A stretch of DNA of 10,890 nt. It comes from Amoebidium appalachense. Its lineage: Eukaryota; Protista; Ichthyosporea. The position numbers and the translations under genes were made by a program. The stretch is taken from contig CAVNZM010000088.1 of the NCBI GenBank assembly GCA_963693365.1, positions 1-10,890 on the forward strand. Reading direction: 5' to 3'. Positions 1 through 10,305 of the stretch are shown here, one piece after another; within the stretch, counting starts at the first letter, position 1; every line of letters begins with the position of its first letter. The notes below the pieces were generated by a model. The model saw only the letters and a program-made list of their open reading frames with translations. It ran no database searches and was not told where the DNA came from.

Positions 1-218
1 TATGTGAAATCTGATCCGAGCCAATCATAACTCGGTCTAGTGATCTGTGGTATCTGATGTTTTGACTGGCTAATAGGTGCCCGTGTGCGGGCAGCCAACC
101 GCTAACTGCTAAAACACGAAATGAAGCCTACATGGTTATGTTGGTATCGAACACCCATCCTACGTGTTTACCCAGAAAAATATTTATGTCAATAATTTCC
201 ACAAATAAAACCACGACA
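1..218 (-). repeat. Inverted copy of the 5' terminal/leader region of the YR-retroelement at 7721-7928 (runs off the left window edge)
   Basis: The reverse complement of 1-218 aligns by hand to 7721-7928 with about 17 substitutions and 3 indels (1, 1, 10 bp), ~92% identity. Both copies begin TGTC at the same outer boundary (218 / 7721). Confidence 0.93.
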
Positions 219-277
219 TACAAACATGCTCGCAGGATATCGTAGATTTCACCATAATTTGGAGTACTAGTACTCAC

Positions 278-669
278 CTGCAAAATGAATGCATGCAGAG
301 TTCTTGTTGGTCATATGATACGGCATCTTGCAGTAGTATTTGTGAGCACGCTCCCGCTCTCAGCTGACTCCACCGGGCCAAAGAGGCGATAGTCGTCAGA
401 ATAATGCACACCAGCATGGAATTTCGATGTTTGGAGTTCGTTCTTGGTGGAGTCCTTGAAGCACTCGTACGCAGCTTTGCCGAACCTGCGTTTTTTGTTG
501 GTGATATTACTTTTAAATTACAATATAATGCACTAGAGCGGCACGGAGTCCCTTACCAAATGGCGAAAGTTCTGCCATCGTTACCTGTAGGATCTATACA
601 CCTAGACACGTACAGGGGGGGGGGGGGTCGTAGTGGGAAGGAGGGAAGACAGGGGGGTTGGGTGGGGGG

Positions 670-702
<33 letters not shown>

Positions 703-751
703 CGGCCTACACGTACGTTCTGTAACGCTCCTTCATCTCGTTGAGTGAGTC
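278..751 (-). pseudogene. Spliced coding fragment of an unknown protein; exons about 751-717, 601-557, 485-278; probable frameshift or premature stop in the last exon
   Basis: Minus-strand introns 716-602 (GTACGT...TCTAG, C-rich) and 556-486 (GTAAGG...CGCAG) join in phase (AC|G = Thr, TG|G = Trp), giving DSLNEMKERYRTCIDPTGNDGRTFAIWFGKAAYECFKDSTKNELQTSKFHAGVHYSDDYRLFGPVES. A strong donor CAG|GTGAGTA lies at 277. This frame hits TGA at 313-311, while a shifted frame reads ERERAHKYYCKMPYHMTNKNSACIHFA up to the donor. Confidence 0.6.
615..706 (+). repeat. G-rich/poly-G tract (G-quadruplex-prone) inside the putative 602-716 intron
   Basis: Multiple G runs, including about 30 consecutive G at 671-702. 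Confidence 0.9.
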
Positions 752-846
752 CTTTTTTATAATGTATTTCCGTTTATATATTTACACATAATCGCCACAT
801 TCATTTACCGGTGCGCCATGATAAACACATGGCCGGCTTATCATTG

Positions 847-1943
<1,097 letters not shown>

Positions 1944-1945
1944 CT

Positions 1946-2139
1946 GTCTCTCTCTCTTTTCTCCCTCCCTCCCACCCTCCCTCCCCCCTCCCCCCTCCCT
2001 CCCTCCCTCCCAACCATCCCTCCCTCCCTCCCTCCGTCCCTCCGTCCCTCCCTCCCTCCCCCCTCCCTCCCTCCCTCCCAACCATCCCTCCCTCCCTCCC
2101 TCCCCCCGTCCCTCCCTCCCTCCGTCCCTCCATCCCTCC

Positions 2140-2140
<1 letters not shown>
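1946..2140 (+). repeat. (CCCT)n polypyrimidine tract
   Basis: About 190 bp of near-pure C/T, mostly CCCT units, with internal duplication of CCCAACCATCCCTCCC. Confidence 0.93.
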
Positions 2141-2141
<1 letters not shown>

Positions 2142-2186
<45 letters not shown>

Positions 2187-2255
2187 CACACACACACATG
2201 CACTCACACACACACGCAAACACACACACACACACACATACAGACATGCACACAC
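2142..2255 (+). repeat. (CA)n microsatellite
   Basis: Seen directly. Confidence 0.93.
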
Positions 2256-2515
2256 TCAGTCATGTACCAGTGGGATTGATGCTGTTTACTCCAGGCAATG
2301 TACCAGTGTGTCGATTGATTTAGCTAATATTAGATCTATGTTTAGCTGTGTATTGTGTTTTCTCCTTTTTGTATTTAAGGCCTGCCGGCCTCATAAAATA
2401 CTATGATCTAATCTTACTCGAAATTGAGCTTTTTTGGCCTTGAAGGCCGATCTTAATAAAGCACTGTGAATGTGTCCCCTGATGAGGGACTCTAGTCGAT
2501 ATATCTGCAAAACGT

Positions 2516-2557
2516 CCCCCCCCCCCCTCCCCCCCCCCCCCCCCCCCCCCCGGAAAA

Positions 2558-2621
<64 letters not shown>

Positions 2622-2650
2622 AAAACAAACAAAAAAAGAAAGAAAAAAAG
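2516..2650 (+). repeat. Poly-C run followed by (CA)n and an A-rich tail
   Basis: Seen directly. Confidence 0.9.
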
Positions 2651-2871
2651 AGCGAGAGAATCCTTGTTTCTCGTATGTTACCAGCTCGTAAGCAAGATTT
2701 TATTCATTCACAATACATTGTTAGGTATGTGTAGGATATTATGGTGTTATTATTTTTTGGTTGACAATATGGTGTCCACGTTCCCAATATATCGTTATTG
2801 TCGACCAACTACTATGGTAGTATAATGCTATGATGACAATTTGTGCCGCATGATGCGTTACTTATAAGCAT

Positions 2872-4720
2872 CGGGTTTTTTCAATAACTACCCACAGAGT
2901 AGCTTCTACCACGAGAAATTCACCACAAATTATAAGGGGGGATGGTGAATGTGCCCCTGGAGTACGAGGGTCACACGAAAAAAACACAACATTGTAGCTC
3001 GTATAGAACCCCCCTTGTAGCATAGTATATGTCCATGTGTTACCTAGACATTTTGGTTTTTTCCATAACTACCCACAGAACCGCCTCTAGCACGAGCAAT
3101 TTACCAAAACGTTTATGGGGGGGATGGTGAATGTGCCCCTGGAGTGCGAGGGTCACACGAAAAAAACACAACGTTGTAGCTCGTATAGAACCACCCTTGT
3201 AGCATAGTATATGTACATATGTTACCTAGACATTATTGGGTTTTCAATAACTACCCACAGAACAGCCTCTAGCACGAGAAATTTACCACAACGTTTATGG
3301 GGGGGATGGTAAATGTGCCCCTGGAGTACGAGGGTCACACGAAAAAAACACAACGTTGTAGCTCGTATAGAACCCCCCTTGTAGCATAGTATATGTCCAT
3401 GTGTTACCTCAGTAGACATTTTTGGTTTTTTCAATAACTACCAACAGAACAGCCTCTAGCACGAGACCTTTACCACAAAGTTTATGGGGGGGATGGTAAA
3501 TGTGCCCCTGGAGTACGAGGGTCACACGAAAAAAACACAACGTTGTAGCTCGTATAGAGCCCCCCTTGTAGCATAGTATATGTCCATGTGTTACCTCAGT
3601 AGACATTTTTGGTTTTTTCAATAACTACCAACAGAACAGCCTCTAGCACGAGACCTTTACCACAAAGTTTATGGGGGGGATGGTAAATGTGCCCCTGGAG
3701 TACGAGGGTCACACGAAAAAAACACAACGTTGTAGCCCGAATAGAACCCCCCTTGTAGCATAGTATATGTACATGTGTTGCTTACACATTAAGTTGGTTT
3801 TTTCAATAACTACCCACAGAACAGCTTCTAGCACGAGAAATTTACCACACAGTTTATGGGGGGGATGGGGAATGTGCCCCTGGAGTACGAGGGGCACACA
3901 AAAAAAAACACAACTTTGTAGCTCGTATAGAACCCCCCTTGTAGCATAGAATATGTACAGGTGTTACCTAGACATTATTGGTTTTTCAATAACTACCCAC
4001 AGAATAGTCTCTAGCACGAGATAATTACCACAAATTTTGTGGGGGGGAGGGTGAATGTGCCCCTGGAGCACGAGGGGCACACCAAAAAACCACAACGTTG
4101 TAGCTCGTATAGAACCTCCCTTGTAGCATAGTATATGTCCATGTGTTACCTAGACATTTTTGGTTTTTTCAATAACTACCCACAGAACAGCTTCTAGCAC
4201 GAGAAATTTACCACACAGTTTATGGGGGGGATGGGGAATGTGCCCCTGGAGTACGAGGGTCACACGAAAAAAACACAACGTTGTAGCTCGAATAGAACCC
4301 CCCTTGTAGCATAGTATATGTACATGCGTTGCTTACACATTATTGGTTTTTTCAATAACTACCCACAGAACAGCTTCTAGCACGAGAAATTTACCACACA
4401 GTTTATGGGGGGGATGGGGAATGTGCCCCTGGAGTGCGAGGGTCACACGAAAAAAACACAACGTTGTAGCTCGTATAGAACCCCCCTTGTAGCATAGTAT
4501 ATGTACATATGTTACTTGCACATTATTGGTTTTTTCAATAACTACCCACAGAACAGCTTCTGGCACGAGAAATTTACCACAAAGTTTATGGGGGGGATGG
4601 TGAGTGTGCCTCTGGAGTACGAGGGTCACCCGAAAAAAACACAACATTGTAGCCCGGATTGAAACCACCTTTGTACCATATACATCATATATCATGCAGC
4701 ATGTGTTACTTTCGCGTTAT
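2872..4720. repeat. Tandem satellite array, 10 units of 181-187 bp (mode 183), with a diverged partial unit to about 4800
   Basis: The anchor C(A/C)ATAACTACC(C/A)ACAGA occurs at 2882, 3063, 3245, 3432, 3619, 3804, 3987, 4170, 4353 and 4536 (spacings 181, 182, 187, 187, 185, 183, 183, 183, 183). Units are head-to-tail with no unique spacers. Confidence 0.97.
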
Positions 4721-4890
4721 TGGTTTCCTAGCACGAGATATTCAGCACACAGTTGGGGTTGTGGGGCAAGTGTACACCTACAATATCAGGGGTACCGCTG
4801 TTGGAATACGTCACCATGTATGACAGCAAGAGCCTTGAAGTATGTATGTGTCCTAGCTTGTTTGTATTCGTGTCTGCTTTCCTTCTTTGT

Positions 4891-4891
<1 letters not shown>

Positions 4892-4942
<51 letters not shown>

Positions 4943-4972
4943 CCCCCCCCCCCCCCCCCGTATCTCTCTCTC
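4892..4972 (+). repeat. (CT)n microsatellite plus poly-C
   Basis: Seen directly. Confidence 0.93.
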
Positions 4973-5714
4973 CCTTGTTTCTGTGGGCACAGATATCGGT
5001 AGATCTGTGCACACCTGGCTCTCTTGCCTGATAAGAACTTATTGTGTTTTTATTTCTGTTTGCTCTCCTCTGTTTATCTGAGAGGTAGCGTGATTGGCTA
5101 GCCTCACTCGTTGTCTTTCCTTTATTTCAAAATGGCCTAGTTTTGTTCTCAAAAGGATGGCTCGCCAATAGTCGCGAGCGAGTACATCTGTAGATTGTGT
5201 TGTGCATTCCTGTCTGTTAATATATGTGTGTTGTGATTGGACAATAGATATATATGGAATTCGGTTTATTGCAAAGTGTCTTCACTTTGAGAGTGTCGAC
5301 TGTTAGGAAATATATGTATTTAAATAAGTTTCTTTATAGAGACGAACATAAATATATATGTGAGTTAATAGTGACTAGATGTATAATTACTTAATTTATT
5401 TAAGTAAGAGTTTCTACACTTTAGTTTAATCGGAAGTTGGAATGCGTATGCTCTGTCGGAATGTGTTTTTCTATCTTCTGATAGAACCGATTGGTTCTCC
5501 CTCTTTAGTTGTGATAAGGTGATAAGTCGCAAGTACAAAAGGAACCGAGAGCACAATAAAGATTCAGTTGTTGTTTGAAATCTTTCAATGTCTCGTGAAC
5601 AACTCCGATTGCCCTCTCATTAATGTGTTAGTCGTGTTTTACATGACACCTCTGTGCACTCTGCTCCCTTAGACCCGTACAAAACAACAACCGCGTGGCA
5701 AAAACACCCCCCCA

Positions 5715-5745
<31 letters not shown>
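5715..5745 (+). repeat. Poly-G homopolymer (about 31 nt)
   Basis: Seen directly. Confidence 0.9.
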
Positions 5746-5746
<1 letters not shown>

Positions 5747-5928
5747 CACGCGTGCGATGGTGCACTAGTTATTACGTCAACTAGGCAGGGTATAGCATCA
5801 ACGTTATTATATGTGCTGCTGAGTTTCTTTGGTTGTACACCCGTCACCAGTCAATTTATTGGTGTTGGCGCACACCTATGACACCACCTCGGAAGACTGG
5901 GGTCACGTGGAGGGCACGTAACTATAGT

Positions 5929-6789
5929 GGACCTGTGTGATCAGCCCGCTGCCCGGGCCAGATGTCGATGGGCCCGGCTGCGCCTCCGCCCAGCCTGTCG
6001 GCAGGACAGATGCGTGAGCCACGGGCCGTTCAAGCTCGGCGACCCAGCCGGGCCTGTCACATTTTCGGGAACGTTTTTTCTATTTTCAGCTTTTCTTTTG
6101 TCTCAGTTTTTTCAGTTTTTTTCTCAGCATCTTTCGAAGTGGGCGAGAAATTAGTAGAAAATGTAGCCACCCTCAGAAGAAGAGCTTGTAAAGCTGTACA
6201 TGTTGTTTATAACATCAGCTGCTCAATCATGTTTGCTGTTGTTGGAAGGGTTTGTTACGGCTCTGGTAAATGCCGGCTATAACATGGCTTTACAGAACTC
6301 TCAGGCCTTGGTTTCCATAGCTAGGGCCGCTTGGGTGTCTGAAGAGTTTGGTGGGACTGTGGTTTTTGACGGGTTTGAGGTTCCCACATGTTTTTTAATA
6401 ATGAGCGCAATGCAGGCAGAAATCACTTTTCATCATATACAACATCTAAAAGACATCTCTGCTTTACTTAGATATAGCTACCTACAGAAGAATGCCTCCG
6501 AGGTTGTCCTCAACCGCCAGCGTCGCTGCTTTATGAAGGCTGCGTGAACTCTGCCGCCAAAAACAGCCAATCAATGTTAAGCGCGCCAAAACTTTTAGCC
6601 AATCAGCGTTAACTGGCGACGAGCCCTGACGGGATGGAAATCGACACCTCATTTTATGGCCGACAGGCTCGGCGGGGTGGCGATGGGCCCGGCCAGGTCT
6701 AATCACACAGATCGTTGAACTGATACGAGGAATTTGACCGCATACCAACGGCCGACGAGCCCCCGGCGGCGAGCCGATCACACAGGTCC
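5929..6789. mobile_element. Non-autonomous TIR DNA transposon (861 bp), PHIS/Harbinger-like, possibly Pangu-type (ANT target duplication)
   Basis: Left TIR GGACCTGTGTGATCAGCCCGCTGCCCGGG (5929-5957) versus reverse complement of 6761-6789 GGACCTGTGTGATCGGCTCGCCGCCGGGG: 25/29 match, first 14 perfect. AGT lies on both flanks (5926-5928, 6790-6792). A second, subterminal inverted pair 5986-6002 / 6659-6675 matches 16/17. No transposase is recognisable inside. The superfamily call is inference. Confidence 0.8.
6553..6612. promoter_or_regulatory. Duplicated E2F-like site + CCAAT (NF-Y) box module inside the TIR element
   Basis: AGCCAATCA occurs twice (CCAAT at 6567 and 6599, 32 bp apart), each preceded by CGCCAAAA. 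6581-6590 reads TTTGGCGCGC on the minus strand, matching the E2F consensus TTTSSCGC. Confidence 0.5.
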
Positions 6790-7010
6790 AGTCTGATAGT
6801 TGTGACTAAGGGCACCGCTAAGGGCACCAAGCTGATGCACGCGCGCGCGCGAGCCGAAATCTATTTTTATCTTTTCCCTAATCAGGCGCGGCGGTTACTA
6901 AACCGAACTATAGCAAATGGCAAATAGTGATTGGCTAAACCCAATCCGGTTTGCAATTTTTTGTCCGTTTAAGCCTGTACGCACGTTGTTCGCTCCATTT
7001 CTTTTCCCCC

Positions 7011-7140
7011 TTCCCGCAGGTCCGCAGGTCCGCAGGTCCTTTCCCGCAGGTCGCCTGGTCGCAGGTCCCTTCCCGCAGGTCGCCTGGTCGCAGTTCCCTT
7101 CCCGCAGGTCGCCTGGTCACAGGTTCCCTCCGCAGGTCGC
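7011..7140 (+). repeat. GC-rich minisatellite, 29-bp unit TTCCCGCAGGTCGCCTGGTCGCAGGTCCC built from CGCAGGTC sub-repeats
   Basis: Units start at 7041, 7070 and 7099, with a variant unit at 7011 and a partial unit at about 7129. Confidence 0.92.
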
Positions 7141-7292
7141 GCAGCCACCGTGCTGAATGGTTTCGACCATGCTGCATGCTGCAGCATCTTCGCCTAACGG
7201 CTGAAAGGCCGTTTGAAGGTTAGTTTTGTGTTGCCTGCTTTTGTGCATATGGCGTTTGTCTGTCTGGTCTGTGTCCGTGCCTGTGATTATAT

Positions 7293-7360
7293 CTGTGTCT
7301 GTGTCTGTGTCTGTGTGTGTGTGTGTGTATGTGTGTGTGTGTGCGTGCGTGTGCGTGTGT
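7293..7360 (+). repeat. (TG)n / (TGTGTC)n microsatellite
   Basis: Seen directly; opposite polarity to the other CA tracts. Confidence 0.9.
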
Positions 7361-7572
7361 TCTGCTGGCTGCAGATGCACGTTGCCTTTTCACGTTCATG
7401 AACCAGCGACTGTGGGCACTACTTTTCCTGTTAGCACTATAGCTATCATCCCCTCCACCAGTCGTTCAAGCTATTTTCTGCTTCTCTAGACTTCATAAGT
7501 TTGTGCTTTTGTCTTTCAGCACAACGTACGCGTGTTTCACATGTTAGCATGTAGTGTTATTCATTCATTCTA

Positions 7573-7710
7573 CCCCCACCCCCCCCCCCCCCCCCCCCCA
7601 AACACACACACACACTCACTCACTCACTTCCCCACCCACACATACAAAAAAACACACACACACCAAAAGCCCCTCCCATCCCCCCCCCCCCCCCTCCCCC
7701 CCCCCCCCCT
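7573..7710 (+). repeat. Poly-C/(CA)n low-complexity tract just upstream of the retroelement
   Basis: Seen directly. Confidence 0.88.
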
Positions 7711-7900
7711 TCCAAAGAACTGTCAAGGTTTTATTTGTGGAAATTATTGACATAAATATTTTTCTGGGTAACCACGTACGATGGGTGTCCGATATCAACA
7801 GGCTTCGTTTCATGTTTTAGCAGTTCGCGTTCGGCTGCCCGCATACGGGCACCTATTAGCCGATCAAAACATCAGATTCCACAGATCACTAGACCGAGCT

Positions 7901-7978
7901 TGGTTGGCTCAGGATCAGATTTCACATAACACTAGATCGATTTTGATTGGCTCAGTTCGGTAGCCTTAGGTATATAAG
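7901..7978 (+). promoter_or_regulatory. Pol II promoter of the retroelement: reverse CCAAT boxes + TATA box
   Basis: GGTTGGCTCAG at about 7902 (intact CCAATCA in the 1-218 copy), TGATTGGCTCAG at 7944, TATATAAG at 7971, and ATG at 8098. Confidence 0.65.
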
Positions 7979-8097
7979 CACGACAGTTTTTAGCAGATCA
8001 GCAAGCAACAACACATCTTCTGTGTTTAGCACCAGTCCTACAGCTTTACAGCTATATTTTCTTTTTCTTCTCGCTATCTTTCCCTACGCCGGTCAGC

Positions 8098-9218
8098 ATG
8101 CCGCCGAAAAAGCGCCAGGCCTCAGCCGCCGCCCCTGCCACGGCACCTAAGCGCCTGACCCGCAGCGACCTCCGCCACAGGCTGACCAACGATCCCGCGG
8201 GCACTGACGCGCCTCCAGCGATCCATACCACCACGGACCCTCCGGCTACTCTCCCCTCTACTCCTGAAGTCCCTCCTCAGGCCCCACCGTCCCCGCCAAT
8301 GACTTCTCAAGACGCCGTCCTTGCCGCCCTCACCGCCATCAGCACCCAGATGGCTGGCGTCCTGGCCGCTCTCACCAACTGCGACCCTCCCGCGCCCCCC
8401 GCCGCGCCCTCCGCACCCGGGGAGGTTTCCCTGGGGCTGCATCTCGGCCCTGACCTGGATCTACCTGCCCTGCCCGTGCCCCCCATTACAGGTGAGAACA
8501 CTGGCGACATTCAGCCGGGCACACTCCCGCTTCCCCCGCGGATGTGCTGGCAGATTTGCGCGCCAATCGTTTCGTCGACCTGTATAAGTTCACCCCCGCC
8601 GCCCTCCTGGCCCCATCCAAGAAAGGTCAGCATCTGCGCATGGCCGAAGACGGCAGCATCGAGACTGTTCGCCAAGACAAACCTGTTCCCCTGCGTTCAC
8701 TCGTCATTTGGATCCAAGCTTGGACCCATTACATGGCCGCCAAGCACCACCTCGGCCTCCCCACGGACAAAGAAGTACTTTGGACTCAGCACATCACTCG
8801 CCTCAGCACCCGATACCCGTGGGCCCAGATCCACAACTATGACGTATACGCCCGAACCGTTGCCCACCAGCAGGGTCGGGCTCCGATCGAGTGTCCTAAC
8901 CTGCTCGCCCAACTCCACCAGGATCTCCTCCATGCCCACCAACACAGATGTTCCAGGTTGCCCCTGTCAATGCCGCCGACCCCGACAAGTTGGCAGACCA
9001 GGTTAGGTACCGCAAGAAAGACGTGGGAGGGGTGGTTGGTGGAGGTTCAAGTTGAGTGCAACAACCATCCCTGTGGCCGCATGTACAGCCTCGATCCGGT
9101 GAGGGGCAACCCATGGGGCAACCCCGCCCTTCACCGCATCATGTGCATGTCCCCCATCAACGGCTCCTACATCAAGAACCGCCTCAGCAGCTTCAAGACA
9201 CTAAACGTTTGTGCCCAT
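8098..9218 (+). pseudogene. Frameshifted gag-like (ORF1) protein of a DIRS/Ngaro-type retroelement
   Basis: ORF 8098 (MPPKKR basic N-terminus, Pro/Ala-rich linker, amphipathic VLAALTAISTQMAGVLAAL) joins ORF 8544 if one C is restored in the C5 run near 8533-8537. The second part has RFVDLYKF...WIQAWTHY...HITRLSTRYPWAQIHNYDVYAR, resembling from memory the FVDL / WxxAWxxY / YDxxxR pattern of YR-retroelement gag. A possible decayed Cys finger (CNNHPCGRMY) follows. No database search was possible. Confidence 0.65.
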
Positions 9219-9226
9219 CCCCCCCC

Positions 9227-9257
<31 letters not shown>

Positions 9258-9371
9258 ACACACCACACCCCAATCAAAGACGAAATCTTCTCATGCTGCT
9301 TTTTTTAACATGCTTATTCATGTTTAATGTTGTTGTTCTTCCTTATTGGTTCATTCTTAATGCACTGTGAC

Positions 9372-9402
<31 letters not shown>

Positions 9403-9683
9403 ACTCACTCCCACTCCCTCCCTCCCACCTCCCCCTGTTGTCCCACGTACGAATCACCAACACATAACCACACAAGACATCAAATCCTTATCACTCAGAG
9501 AAACGGTACATGCATGGTTATCCAGTATCCATTCAGCTTCCCACTTCCTCAAGTCATTTCAGATTTTTCATTGTCGAATTCGGTTTTATTTGCTGCTAAT
9601 GGAGAATACCCCCTTTCCTCATCACCACATACACACATGCTTACGTGTACATACACGCAACACACACACCAACACCCACACAG

Positions 9684-9856
9684 GAGTTTCAAAAGGCGTT
9701 GCCCGAGCTCTTCAGCTTCATGCTCCACACATTTGAGTGCGGACGCGGGATCCAATGGCCCACAAGTCTGCCACTCAGATTTCGTGGTCAGCTGTGAAGT
9801 ATGGAGCTGACATGCCTGACTACGAGGGTGGTGCTCGGCCATCAGAGATCAGCAAG
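9684..9856 (+). pseudogene. Putative internal exon with one lesion (1-nt indel or in-frame TGA), probably of the gene ending at 10857
   Basis: Acceptor CACACAG| at 9683 and donor AAG|GTAAAC at 9857, with coding-like composition between simple-repeat tracts. It begins EFQKALPELFSFMLHT and ends, in another frame, MAHKSATQISWSAVKYGADMPDYEGGARPSEISK in phase 0. Confidence 0.45.
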
Positions 9857-10305
9857 GTAAACAACTACCCCCCCCCCCCCCCCCCCCTGCGTCCTCCCTG
9901 AGGATGGGCTCTGCTTATGACGCATACTGTGCACATGGCTGATGTTGCGTGCTTGAATGTTTGCCTTTGCATGTGTCCTGCACCATGCTTCTCATCGTGT
10001 ATGCGTATTTCGTACCGTGTTCTGCATTCAAACCCCCCCCCCCCCCCCCATCATTGTGTTTTAGCTCCCGTCCGAAAGACAACGTATGGATATCGAAATG
10101 ATGATCTTGATAAGTCTTATGTATGGGTTACGTATCATCGTAGTGTTTTAGGATATCTCCTAAGCATGGGCAAGTATCATCCTATCATGTCATCTTTAGG
10201 TTTGGTATGGTAACATTGTGATAGCATTTTTCCCAGGTACATACATGCTCAGGCTAGCCAGAAAAGTTAAAAACACTCACACAATCTCCTTCTGTCCCAA
10301 CCCAG

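Larger units (their letters stand above)
7721..9218 (+). mobile_element. 3'-truncated tyrosine-recombinase retrotransposon (DIRS/Ngaro-like): terminal leader, promoter and gag-like ORF
   Basis: The 5' boundary is defined by the second copy at 1-218. CCAAT and TATA precede a GC-rich ORF with gag-like motifs of YR retroelements. The sequence collapses into poly-C/(CA)n at about 9219. No RT, RNase H or YR motifs are seen in the window. Confidence 0.65.

Noticed and set aside
404-748. Plus-strand 114-aa ORF
   Set aside because: It is the antisense shadow of the minus-strand exons plus a poly-G (poly-Gly) tract.
2872-4720. CRISPR array or repeat-protein gene
   Set aside because: There are no unique spacers and the context is eukaryotic. 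Unit lengths of 181, 182, 185 and 187 break the frame, and most units contain stops.
5000-5648. Possible solo LTR (CCAAT boxes near 5091 and 5164, TA-rich stretch, AATAAA near 5555, ends ...TGACA)
   Set aside because: I could not find a matching TG start with inverted termini, a target-site duplication, or a second copy in the window.
6200-6547. 115-aa ORF inside the TIR element as a transposase
   Set aside because: It is too short, has no DDE or Myb/SANT-like motif, and has a non-ATG start call.
6917-7223. Overlapping short ORFs
   Set aside because: They are products of the stop-free GC-rich 29-bp minisatellite.
7721-8050. Ty3/Copia LTR (TGTC...TTACA)
   Set aside because: There is no TGG primer-binding site after the candidate CA ends and no TSD, and the downstream ORF resembles YR-retroelement gag.
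8487-8497. ACAG|GTGAG splice donor explaining the gag frame change
   Set aside because: No acceptor with a convincing pyrimidine tract restores the frame before the conserved FVDL motif; a 1-nt indel is simpler.
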